Part shown: positions 48,930-60,560 of the stretch, in pieces
Numbering within the stretch: position 1 is the first letter of the stretch
How the letters are laid out: every line of letters begins with the position of its first letter
Program-made: the position numbers and the translations under genes
The notes under the pieces: model-generated
Database searches by the model: none
Told to the model about the DNA's origin: nothing
The model's input: the letters and a program-made list of their open reading frames with translations, nothing else
Assembly (NCBI GenBank): GCA_013265495.1
Contig: MU058456.1
Span: 186,001 to 250,000 of the forward strand
Origin: Vicugna vicugna
Taxonomy: Eukaryota
Length of the DNA stretch: 64,000 bases
Direction of reading: 5' to 3'

Positions 48930-49155
48930 ATAAAACTTTGGTGTTATATCAGACTTTACAATTTACTGAGCACTTTCACATCCATCACCTCGCTTTATTC
49001 TCACAGCCATCTGTTAAGGAGGGCAGGGTGGATGTTTTTATGTCGGTTTCACAGAAAAGGAAATGGAAGCTCAGAGAGGTTAAATAGCTTGCCCAAGGTC
49101 ATCTGGGTAGAAGGCGGGGTTGTAACGCTGACTTGCATCTTCAGGTTCCTGGGCT
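48930..49155. mobile_element. MIR
   Basis: tttcacagaaaaggaaatggaagctcagagaggttaaatagcttgcccaaggtca. Confidence 0.8.
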
Positions 49156-50179
49156 CTGACACTCCCCTCCCCCACCCCATCACACCCAGCTGCTCCCTGC
49201 AGTGCAATGGTGAGGGGGCAACAAGAAATGCCGTTCTAGCCAGGCTGCTTCTACAAAGCTGGCCAAGAATCAAAGATCTGGTGCTGGAGATTTCAGGGCA
49301 AGAGCAGAGGAGTCCTGGTCCCTCTGCTGCCAGCTGTACCCCTTCCCAAGGCACACCATCATCTAGATGATTGCTTGACTGGCTCTTCTTGTGATGCGAA
49401 AGGAGGGAGAGGACAGAGGAAGCTTATCAAAATACTTCCACGACAGCAGGAGACTTTGGGAAGAACAGGGTTCAAAGTTTTGGAGCTTGTTTCATTCAGA
49501 AAAGCAACACTGAGAAAGAGAATTTGAGTATTGTTGTCCAGGAAAAAAACAGAATTTATGCTCTCCTTGGAGTGTAAGAGGAGGTGGAAAGGATGAAGGA
49601 GACAGAGGTAATGGCAACGATACCAGGGGTCTGTGGGGTGAATTTCCTGCCTTTACCAACCATGAGGGTCAGGAGTGGGTGTGCAAGAGGCTCTGGCAGC
49701 CTTCTTTTGTCAGTATCAGGGGCCATCGCTTGGCTAAACTATACCTATAAAGCATTTTGCTAACCTGATGAAAAACACTCACGCATCACTAAAATAATCT
49801 GTTAATCTGTTGCGTGGTGGGATCCCTTTCCTGATGAATAGAGAGACTTTGAAATATACTGCTTAATCAGTGGTGACGACTGGGCTAATTTGCAACTGCA
49901 GCTGATAACTAACGGAGAATGGAGCTGTAATGTCCTCTTAGAAGCCATAGGACGTTGGAACAAAAGTTGCCTGCCTAGTATTACTTCCGAAAGAGTCCTA
50001 CCTGCAAAACCAATGTTTGTGAATTCCAAATCAGCTTGCTTTCAAGGTACATTCTGAAATACTCGTCTTTCCACCAGATGTCTATTTCTGAGGTCCATCC
50101 TGAGTGCCATTTAAGGAAGCAATATTTGTTTTCGCCTTCCAGGATTGGTTTTGCAAGACTAGCCCTTCAGTTCCCATTA

Positions 50180-50750
50180 GAGCCACTGGTTCTTGACCTC
50201 GTCTGCACACAGTATTGCTTGGTGAGCTCTTAAAAATTGTTGATGCCTGGGTTCCATTTCCAGATGGTCAGATTTAATTGGCTGAGGTAACCCAGGCATT
50301 GGTATTTTTAATAAGTGCCCCAGGTGATTCTAATGTGCAGTTAGGGGTGAGAACCACTGTACTAAAGTAGTGGAGGAGACTGGAGGAGATGCTTTATAGT
50401 ACTCCTGTCTCACAGGTGTGGGTAACCGAGAATTCTGGTTAGTGGAGCTTTCCATTCTTTCTTTCTTTTTCTTTTGCCTTTGTTTCAGTGAAAGAAACTG
50501 TATCCACTAATTATTTTATTTAAAAGTTCAACCACATTTTAGTGCTAAACTGAAATATATACTATCACCTAAGCTATAACTTGTTCCACAATTTAATCTA
50601 GTGTTTCTCAAAGTGCATTTTTGCGATCTTTCATATCAGAATCCGGGGGGTGCCTGTCAACACACAGGCCCCTAGGCCCCGCCCCAGACCCACTGAGTGG
50701 AGCACTCTAGGTGGAAGCAGGAATCTGCATTGTGGTAGTTGTTTCAGGGG
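50180..50750. mobile_element. Two MER5-family MITEs (about 50180-50360 and 50595-50750)
   Basis: ccaggtgattctaatgtgcagttaggggtgagaaccactg; ctagtgtttctcaaagtg..aggccccgccccagacccactgag..ggaatctgcatt. Confidence 0.78.
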
Positions 50751-51519
50751 CTTTTGGTTAGCGTCAGTGTTTTTTTGTTTGTTTGTTTTTGCAGTTGCAC
50801 TTTCTAGCCCTCCACCACTCTTCTGTTAGAACCATAAACTATTTTTCCCCATAAGCTGTTTGCTAATGAGAGGGATTACCTGACTTAACCTTCCTGGCAT
50901 TCCTGAACAACTAAAAAGTCCCTTGTATCTTTCCTCAATTCTGTCACAAAGCAGAAAAAGAAAGAAAAATGAAGTAGCAGCATGATGTCACTGGTCTGCT
51001 TAAAAACCCTATGATTGTCTATTTCCAATTAGCAGTTTCCCTGCATGCTGGCCCCTAGGTCTCTCCAAGCTTTCCCTGGTATCAGGTATCCAGTTGCTTA
51101 GTGTTTGTTGATTTATTGCATCAAATGGTCCCTTAATAACTATCTCTCGGAGGATCAAACACTTCTGCCTTTTGGCACAGTTTTCCCTCAAGCGTTTGGA
51201 GTTACAAAGTCAAGCTGTACTCATGATGTTTTGAAAACTGATTTTAGAGGGCACAATATAATTGTAAAGTAGCTGTAAAAGGGCTTTTCCAGGCAGATGA
51301 AACCTTTCAGATTCCTGCTTTGCTGTTGTCCCTCTCCTGGTTCTGGTCTTTCTAACAGTAAACAGATTCTGAGTGCCTTCCTCATACTTCTACTCTCATA
51401 CTTCCCTAAAAGCAAGTTGCCTTGAATCCACTTCCCATTTATCTGAAGAATTAATGTGATGACTTCTGAATCAAAGGGTCAAATTGAACACATGCTAAGA
51501 GACCCTATTCCCATATCAA

Positions 51520-53300
51520 ACATGTAGAAATCCCAGAAAAAAATGATTCAAAGTCAAGAAGAGCCACACAGAAATCTTAAAGATGAGAAACAGAGTCATA
51601 GACATAAAAAGCTCAATAGATGGGTGGTCAAATAGTTTAGACACAGATAAAGAGAGAATTAGTACTTGGAAGATAGCCCTAGAGAGTTTCCCTATGTAGG
51701 GCAAAGAGATCAAGAGATAGAAATATGACAAATTAGGAGACATGGAAGACACAATGAGAAGTTCCAGCTTATATTTAATAAAAACCCTATGAGCAAAGAC
51801 TAGAGATAATGATGAAAGTCAAGATTCACAGAAGCAATAGCCAAGTGTTTTCTGAATATGAAGATATAAAATTTTACAGAGAAGAAGTCAGAATGCCAAG
51901 AAGGACTAAAGAAAAAAAAAATCCTTCAGTGGATTTCACTGTGATAGAATGACAGAATATTAAATTGCAAAATCCACCAGAATTACCTGTGAGCCAGTAG
52001 CCATCAGTCTGACAGACTTCTCATCAGTAGATGCCAGAAGACAATAGCTGCTACTCTGGAACACCCTGACCCCAGAATTGCATATCCAGCTGTTAAGAAC
52101 TAAATTAAGCCCATTCAATCATTGCTCTATTCTTTTGGTAAATTTTGGTGGCTCCCAGTGATTGGCGGTGAGTGAGGTCTCCTTTGCACAATCTTGCCAC
52201 CCGGCAGGATGTTACAATGAAAGGAAGTCTCAGATTGAATTCTGCCCCACTCCCCATAATTTTTGGTATGCAGGCACAAAGAACAATCATACCTGTTCTT
52301 ATAAGGTCAAGGAAATTCTAGTTTGGCATTCTTTAGGCGTTTCTGCCATGTCTTGCATAAAATATTTCATAGAGGCAGATGTGACAGTATTCTTAAAAGA
52401 GGATATTCTTGTTGGATCAAATGGCAGAGTCCTCTACTAAATGGTGAGAAGGGAGCCTGCTGCTTTACAGGGAGGTATGCTGTTGGGCGGGCCCAGTTCT
52501 ATATCTATTCATACCGCAGTGGGGGAGCTGTCTCTGCAATAGTTCTAACCAATCCATATAGCTTGACCACCAATTAATTCAACAATAAAAAATATTTCTA
52601 TAAAATAATGCTAATTAATATGCCCTCTCTGTGGTTTTGGATCGCAGGCTTTAGCTTGCAGAAATTGCCTCTGGGGAGTGAGTCTTGAGTGGGATATTTT
52701 AAATTGAAAATCTAACTAACCACTCTTGGAGTGTTTATTATTGACTAGGGTACTTTCAGTCTTAACCAACCATGACCATAGATTAAAACTAGCATACATT
52801 CATAGATGTGTCATGCTATCTCGGCTGAAACACTCAAAAGCAAATTATAGACTACATAACACCAGCCTAATAATATTTTTAAGAGTGAGGGCAAAATAAG
52901 GACTTTTTTTTTAAACATGAAAGAGCTTGGAGAGTTACTCATGGAGAGAAAGAACTAATAAAGGGTGCCCTAAAGCAAGAATGCAAATGAACCCAGAAGG
53001 AAGGTATGGGATACAAAAGCAAAGCAATTTATGTACTTGTTTACAAACAAAATATAACTAACACTCTGGTCATAAAAACAGCAAAGGTTGAGACTGGGTA
53101 AGTTTGGGAGGGAAGTTAAAGCAAGCAAAGGTTTGGGAGGTGGAAGGCAGGTATCAAAAAAACTCTAGATAAAGTTGCAAAAATTTAAAGTTAAGTATGT
53201 ACTTAAGAATCTCAAGGGTGACCATTGCAAAACAGAACTAGAAAGTGAAACTTTTAAACCAGGAGTGAAAAATAAAGGATCATGACTGTAAGATTGTTGG
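51520..53300 (+). mobile_element. Old L1M ORF1 region, split by an LTR-like insertion
   Basis: L1 ORF1-like tagatgccagaagacaat..cccagaattgcatatccagc stops at 52090 and resumes ccagcctaataatatttttaagagtgagggcaaaataagg at 52862. Confidence 0.7.
52091..52861. mobile_element. Solo-LTR-like insertion, family not identified
   Basis: Begins tgtta and ends taaca (inverted TG..CA termini); perfect 5-bp TSD ccagc at 52086-52090 and 52862-52866. Confidence 0.75.
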
Positions 53301-55054
53301 AAAAAATGGACTGAAAGATACCCACTAAACTTATGGTAGTGATTTTCTGGGGGTGAAGTTTGAGGGGTGAGAGTGAAAATGGAATGATGCTCATGAAAAA
53401 AGAGACAGCAAACAAAATTATTAATTCTACATGGTGGAAATATGGACTTGTAAAATATTATTTGTTGTGTTTTGGTATTGTTTAAAAACCTAAGTCTTAA
53501 AACAAGAAAAACACATGTTGCAGCTTTGGATTTATTTAAGTGTAACTGTGCGAGACAATCAAAGGCTTGGGTGGAAGATATACACTGAGCACATTAAGGT
53601 CAAGGACCAAGTGTTTTAATCATTGTATTAAGCTCATAGTAGGTGCTCAATTAATGCTTGTAGGTACAGATTTAACTCTATACTCTCACCCATTTTACTC
53701 CTGGGAATTTCAACCCCTCTGAATAGCTTTCTTTCTCTGAAGATCCAAGGCTGCTCTTGTCACCCTCTGCTGTTGCCTTTCTTGATCTGCCCTAGCACAC
53801 CCTAAAGTGGTCAGAGCTCTTTAACTCATCTCAAAATATCAGGCCTTCAAGTGTTTTCAAATGGTTTGGGTCTGCAGAACCTTATAAACCCCTGCATTGA
53901 GGACTATAGAACAAATTCTTGTGAGGATTCGAGGGATGCGTACTCAAAACTGGTCCTCTCTGGCGCTGACCTATGCCTGAGATGAGGGCTGAGCTCCCTG
54001 CCTTCCCGGGTGTTTATGTAGCCTTCATCTCTTTGTGAAACTGTTGCCGTCCAGTGTTACGGTGTCTAGGGACTGACCAGGGCTCCCAAAGTGCCTTTCT
54101 CTGTGACTCCAACAGAACCTTCACTGCTGGAAGAAGAATCTTCTAGCTCTTAGGGTATCCCGGGAAGAAAGGGGATACTGCTGGAAATGAGCTTCAGGTC
54201 ACTGAGGATGGTCGGGCTAGATGGCCACCTGTGGGAGATGGGGTCAGGCTTCAAGTTCTGTAAGGTTCTTTCTAGCTCTGAGAGTCAAGGATTCTGGGAT
54301 CATTGGTGCTAATCCCTAGAATCAGGTTACCCCTAGAGAACATGTTTGTACATTAAAAGGGTATCTCTTATCAGCAATGCATGCATCGTGGAAAGAAGGA
54401 ACTCTGTTGGTGGAGATTCTAATCCTTGCATTGCAGAACTGACCAGGGACTCCTCTGATGGAAAGCTATTTGCAGTCAGCAAAGCAAATGGAATTCTTTC
54501 TGAACTTTTTGATGAGCTATCCAGATATCCAGAAATTAAACTTATTCTGCTGTTCCTTGAAATTTCAAGTCACGTGGCATCCATTTAGTATTTGTTACAT
54601 GCCACTGTGTTTTATGAACTATTTTTAGGTATATAGACTTTTGTTTCCTCAATTCACTTAAAAGTTTCTAGAGAGAGTAAGTGTCTCTCATGCTTTGTAT
54701 CATGCACAGTGTCTAGCAGATTATTCTGTACATGTGGAAGCTCAGTGATTGTTCATTGACTTGTTGGCAAGAGCCAACATAGAACTCGATTGAAGTGATC
54801 AAGGTTAAACTCATTTTAAAGATGGTAGTCAGTGCGACTCTTCAACCAGAGGTCTGCCTTTATCTGGCAGTGTTTCTCTGCGCCTGCATCTCCAGTTCAC
54901 TTCCTCATCTCCCGTATCACAGAACTGTGTATGCGCCCATGTAAAGTACAGAACAGGGGCTGATATTCAGGGATGAATTGTGGCAAAACAGCCCCAAATT
55001 AGTCAAGCAGGCAACCTCAATGCAGAAGGAAAATTCAGAGTAAAATGAAATACT

Positions 55055-55400
55055 CAGAGTAATGCTCCCCAAAGCAGAGCCTAGGACGAGGGTTTGAGTA
55101 TGCATACCTTCCCTGGGAGCTCACCCCAGGTGAAGCAGAGGAGTGGAGGTGACCCCCATCCTGAGGAAAGAGTGTAGCGGGTGAAAGTCCATCATCACTG
55201 AAGGTACCTGGAGTTCAGTCCTGAAGGAGAACGTGGGAGCAGCACGGGACTCCCCTAGAGTTGTCCCGGCGCGGGGTGCGGGAGCTGGCAGTCACCGACG
55301 CCACCCACGTGGTTCAGGCTACTGCAGGGCATTAACTCGCTGGCTCTCCCGACTTTCCCTGAGCGCCAGCAGCGCGTCCTCCCCAGGTCAGAGGAAGACC
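55055..55400 (-). mobile_element. LTR16-like ERVL LTR
   Basis: ccccaaagcagagcctaggacgagggtttgagtatgcat..ctgggagctcaccccagg. Confidence 0.6.
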
Positions 55401-55944
55401 CTTCTCAGCCAGACAGACACAGGGAGGGGTTCCCAGGAAGCAGCTGAGGGGTTATGGCAGGCTCCTCCGGGGTCCTCTGCAGGTGTGGACACCAGGCTGC
55501 CCCGTAAGGAAATGCCAGTGTGGACCACTGTGGTCTTGGCCCACCATCCACCTCTCCTTGAGGACTTGTTTGTCCCTGTCCAACAATTCCAACCCTGGCA
55601 AGTCAGCCTTGGCTTAGTGTCCAGTCCTCTGGGCTGCTCCTTTCCTGGGTCAGGGCACCTGGCTCTGTACCTGCGTCCAGAGGGTGGGGAGACATTTGTG
55701 GCAGAGGCCGCAGGAGCATCCCACACAAGCAGGTGGCCCTGGCTCGAGCCTCTCCCTGGTCTCCCTGGCTGACCTCTACCCCGTCTTCTCAGAGCAGGGC
55801 CCTTTAGGAACCTCCATTCTCTGACCACGTGGTGCAACAGTCCCTGTCCCACTGGCACCTCCCAGGTCCCACTGACCCTGCCACGCCTCCACTGGGGGTG
55901 GGGTTCTGGGAGGAGCTAGGCTGGTCTGAGCTGTTCAGCCTGAA

Positions 55945-56430
55945 GGGTCTCAGACTACTGGGGTTTGCATCCCTGACCTGCTACGTACCAGCTTAGGAGC
56001 TCAGGCAGGTTACTTAAGCTCAGGCTGTCTCAGGTTCCATGTCTGTGAAATGGGCATAATAATGGTGCTTACCTTAGGGTTTCCATGAGAATGAAATGAG
56101 TTGTTTGATGAGGAGGGCTAAGAACTGCGAAGAATTCCTGGCACAGTATGTGATTGTCAAATATAGACTAGTAGCGTGGAGTGAATGCAGAGAAGTGGGG
56201 CTTTAAGGAGCAGAGGAATCCCACAGACCGGGCTTCAAATTGTACTCTGCTCCCTACCAGTTCTGGGTCCTCGCATGAGTTGTTTAGCTTCTTAAAATCT
56301 GAGTTTCTCATATTTAAAATGGAGGTTATAATACCTGTATCAGGTGGCTGTGGGAATTAAAGGAGATAAGGGATGTAAAATATCTAGCGCAGTGTTTGTC
56401 ATACACAGTAATCTTTCAATAAATATTGTA
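55945..56430. mobile_element. Two tandem MIR copies
   Basis: ggcaggttacttaagctc..tctgtgaaatgggcataataat; tgagtttctcatatttaaaatggaggttataatacct. Confidence 0.75.
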
Positions 56431-57020
56431 TTTGTAGCAAAATGTCTCACTGAAGATTGAACTTGTGTTTTGTGAGAGAGACATGAAATCCCTGGGGTGA
56501 GAGTCAGGAGGTAGGTTTTTCCCTTCTGCAGTGGGGATGGGAGGGGAGGAGAGAAGATGGAATAGGAACTGGGAAGGGGAAGTGGGGAGGGGACGGGAAG
56601 GAGGTGGAAGGGGAGCTGATGGAGAAGGTGAGGGCTCAGCTCCCTGAAGACAGTCAAGATAGCCATCCTTGATTGTTATGAGATCATTGGATTCTAAAGC
56701 TGAAAAGGAAAATCAGAAAGCAGGTAACTGAAAGGGTCAGAGGGTTTTTTGCCACACGAACTAATTCTAATAGAGAACTCCTGGAAACTCTGCCATCTGG
56801 GGAATGGGTAGGAAGGGAGGGGACAAATACCAGCTAAGAACTGCTGTCCTGGGAACCCAGGTTAGGGGTGGGCATCCCTTGCTGAATTTGACATTGAGGT
56901 CCACCATCCCCCCTCAAAGGACCCAGGGTACTGGATCAGCACAGGGTGGATGGGTGTCTTGGGCTGTGGACAATCAGGTTTCAACAGCTGCTCTGGTGGC
57001 AGACAGGAGCCAGGGTGGGA

Positions 57021-57026
57021 GGGGAC

Positions 57027-57072
<46 letters not shown>

Positions 57073-57077
57073 GAGAC

Positions 57078-57111
<34 letters not shown>
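57021..57111. repeat. (GA)n/(GACA) microsatellite
   Basis: About 90 bp of GA repeat with a few interruptions. Confidence 0.97.
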
Positions 57112-57112
<1 letters not shown>

Positions 57113-60100
57113 TTGAGTTGTTTCCTGAATTAGTGGGGCAGGTCTTTCTTATTGTCTTATTGGAGTGAAAATGGGGGGCATTCTTTACTTCTGCCAGAGT
57201 TGCCTCTTCCCACGGGCTTTGGTCAGGAGAGGTGACCGTTCTGTGACAAGATTCTAGGAGTTGGACATATGCCCCTCCTCACACGGGATACCCACAGCAG
57301 GCATTTGTAACCACTTTCAATTTCATCCATTACCTCTCCCATGTAAGGCTCACAACAACGCCTAGAGTTGATATTTCTGTCCATTTTACAGATGAGAAAA
57401 CTGGAGGCCAGAGAGCTCTTAGGACTTGCTTCTGGTTTCATGTGGAGGTGGTGCTGTCTGATCTAAGATGCCATTGCTTCCACTCTCCCATTCTCACTCT
57501 GCGAGATCTCTCAGCACTTGTGTGACACTCTCCTAATGTTGCGATTGTATCCAATGGCAGTTTTATCCCATGACTTCATTTTTCCTTATTGCGATGAGTC
57601 TCGTATTTTTTAAGTCCATAAATAATACATCTTGTTACATTATTAGTATGTTGAGCTGATTCCCATCATTTTCCAACAAGCCTTCAGTTCTTCCTGAGAT
57701 CAATAAAGCTTAAAAGAAATGAAAAAGCCAACTCAGCCTGTGTGTGGACCCTGGACCTTGCTCTTGTACAGACCCCTTCCCTAGAGTTTCGGAAGCCAGC
57801 TCAGCTTTCCTGTCACTAATGAGTCAGGATGTGACTGCATTCAAAACCTAGTAAGGACTCAGCCAGTGGACTTGGATCCACACTGCTGATTAAACATAGT
57901 TGAAAAGACATTTCTTGAAGGGATGGATAAGAGGAGGGGCAGAGAGAGGTGTGTGAGATTTCTTGTGTATGCAGTGCTTCCTCTGAACCGTGGCTGGGCC
58001 AGGGGCTGCCAAACTTTCCATGGGGGACAGCAGAGATCAAATCACATAGGTGAAATTAAAGAAAAAAATAATCAAAGAAGAAAACAGCAACAACTCAGAA
58101 CTATGAGAACAAACAAAACCAGTATCACCTGACCCATTGGCCCAGCTCAGCATCTGGAAGAAACTACCCACTAAGAACCCCAGGATGCTGCTAATGCAGA
58201 TGGTGCTTTGGCGCAAAGTGGGAAAAGGCACCCTCTTTGGGTGCACGCAGCTCAATGTGGGCTGAGTTTCAGGTCTCTTCACCTCTCAGTCAGGCCCCCT
58301 TGTGCAAGGAACCCCCTCGCAGCTGTGTGTGGGGCCCTCAGGGGCCACAGCTAAGTATGCCCAATAGCCAGTCTTTCCTTTTCTCAGGTTTTCCTTTTTT
58401 TAAAGTTTCAGTAGCTACCCTTTTTTTCTTTTTTCTTTTTTTTAGGATTATGAGGCTGCGGCCCCTGACATGATCTATAGATAAAAGATGTCACAGGGGT
58501 AAGAGCAAGAGAAAGCTTTAACAAGAAGAGCTTAGACCATTTTCAAAGCACCTCCACGGCGCCGCAGTGCACGTAGGGGCCCCAGCGCCGGCGGAGCGCT
58601 GGGTGACGCGCTGTGGACAACACGCCGTGCCGGTGGGCTCTTGGTCGTGCTCAGGCCTTGCTCTGATGAGCTGGGCCATCGGAGGACTGTGTGAACAGAC
58701 CAAAGAAAAATATCAAAAGGCAAATTGGAGTCAGGGAGAAAATGAATAGCCCCTAATCTTCAAGAGAGATTACAGAGGTAATGACAAAGCAGTCAGGTTT
58801 TAAAACGAGCTGTTATTCCAAGAAAGGTAATTTTGTTCAACTTTTTTTTTAAATGGAAAAGAGGATGAAGAGATCAGCACCAGCTAAATCATCACTGTCA
58901 GATGGAAAATAAATCTTTCATTAGGAAACATTCCTTTGCATGCCCTTTTGACATTGAAGAATATATTTGATGTAAGGATTTGGGGCTTTATCCAAACTGT
59001 AATACGCTAAAATAAACAAAACCACAATGTGATGTTTTATTGGAGAAGAGCAACCATAAAAAAATGGAAGATAACTTTTAAGATTAATAGTGTGTTTTCC
59101 CTGTAGGAGTTTTGGTCTTTTTAATCATTTTTAAGATCCATACTTGTGAATGTTTGCACATCCAGCAAACACAGGCTTGGATAATGAGAGGGACTGCCTT
59201 GACCCCCCAGAGATTCAGATACAAACTCCCATCCAGAGTCTTCCACTGCCTGCAATGCTTGGTTTTCTAAGTAGGTTTCTTGCCCCAGAGCACTGCTGAG
59301 ACCTTGCTTCTGCCCTCACAGAGCTCATTGACCTCTTACCACTTCGCCCTTCACCTTCCCAGTCCCCTGACTCCACCCAGCCACCTGCAAGCTTCAGGCG
59401 CCCTTCATTCTGGGACCAAGGAGAAGGGATACAAGAAACCCTCACCTGCCAAGAAGGCGAATCTGCTGCTAGTCCTGCTGGAAGCTGGTGCTTCCGCTGG
59501 GTTCCTGCCTTCCTTCTGCCATCACACCTCCCCTTGGTCCCCCTCCCATCAGACCAGAGCTGTGCACCTGCCAAGTCTGCCTGGCATCATGATCCTGCCT
59601 CTGACTTCCCTAAGGCTGTCCCCAGTCACCCATGCAGCCTGTTCCCATCCCCCTGGCAAAAGTGCTGATGCTGGGCAGGGTCCCACTCACCTGATTCTGC
59701 GGGGTTCTGTGTTCACCACTGTGTCAGCCCCGGCTTCCCGGCATGCTGTCTGCTGACTGCGAGGTGCCCTCCTACTGCCTGCAGCAGTGCTCACGGCCCA
59801 GTATCTGTCCCCGTCTCAGGCACAAGTATGTCCCCAGTTTCCCACTCCCCTGGCCTCACCTATAAAACTGTGCATCAGTAGGTGGAGTTCATGGTTCTTC
59901 ATCTTAGAGCTGTGCCATCACTCACACAACACAACACATGCTCTCTGTGTGTCTGCTCCGCCCTCTGGTGCCTGAGACTTCTCATCCTCCGCTCCGTGTT
60001 TTCTCTACCAAGTGTCTGCATTACTCACAGTATACCCTCCCTCATAACTTCAACTTCTGCATGGCCCATTTTAGCCTGAGTGTCTTCCCCCTCCCTCTCT

Positions 60101-60247
60101 ATGTGTCTGTCTCTATTTCTGTCCCTGTCTGCCTGTCTCTATATATCTAGAGAGACATATATAGACATTTATATAATTATGGAAATAAAAATATGTACTT
60201 ATATAGACATTTTATCTAGACATTATCTATAGACATTTCTCTGGGGC

Positions 60248-60560
60248 TGTAGCAGACATTACTATGGGACCCCGCCCAGATCCCATTACTACGCCAGTGG
60301 GCCCACCTCCCAGCTCACAGTTGCTCCTTTCTCTTGAGCATTATCCACGGCTGATAGGACAGCCAACCCTCCCATCCCACAGGAGGTCCATAGCCAGAGC
60401 CCTCCAAGCCTAGATTTCTCCTGAGGTCACATCCTTTCTTAGAATTTTCCTCTTTTCTGTGCTGTTGTTCCCCCATAGGTTTTTCTTGAAGAACCTCAAT
60501 AAATCATGTGCCCTAAATCCTTGTCTCAGGCTCTGCTCTTAGAGAATATCATTTAGGAAC
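60248..60560 (+). mobile_element. LTR16-like ERVL LTR
   Basis: tgtagcagaca..ccccgcccagatccc ... aataaatcatgtgccctaaatccttgtctcaggctctgct. Confidence 0.75.

Noticed and set aside
52162..52440. Endogenous non-retroviral virus (bornavirus-like) ORF
   Set aside because: I could match no motif to bornavirus N or other viral proteins, and the TG..CA ends with a 5-bp TSD point to an LTR rather than L1-mediated capture.
55233..55858. Longest ORFs (179 aa plus, 156 aa minus) as genes
   Set aside because: GC-rich sequence partly overlapping an LTR16-like element; low-complexity P/G/S/R translations with no domain.
56804..57168. ORFs with (RE)n repeats
   Set aside because: These are translations of the (GA)n microsatellite.
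58655..58725. Hammerhead ribozyme (CTGATGAG ... GAAA)
   Set aside because: No closing stem II before GAAA, no stem III and no properly placed NUH cleavage triplet.
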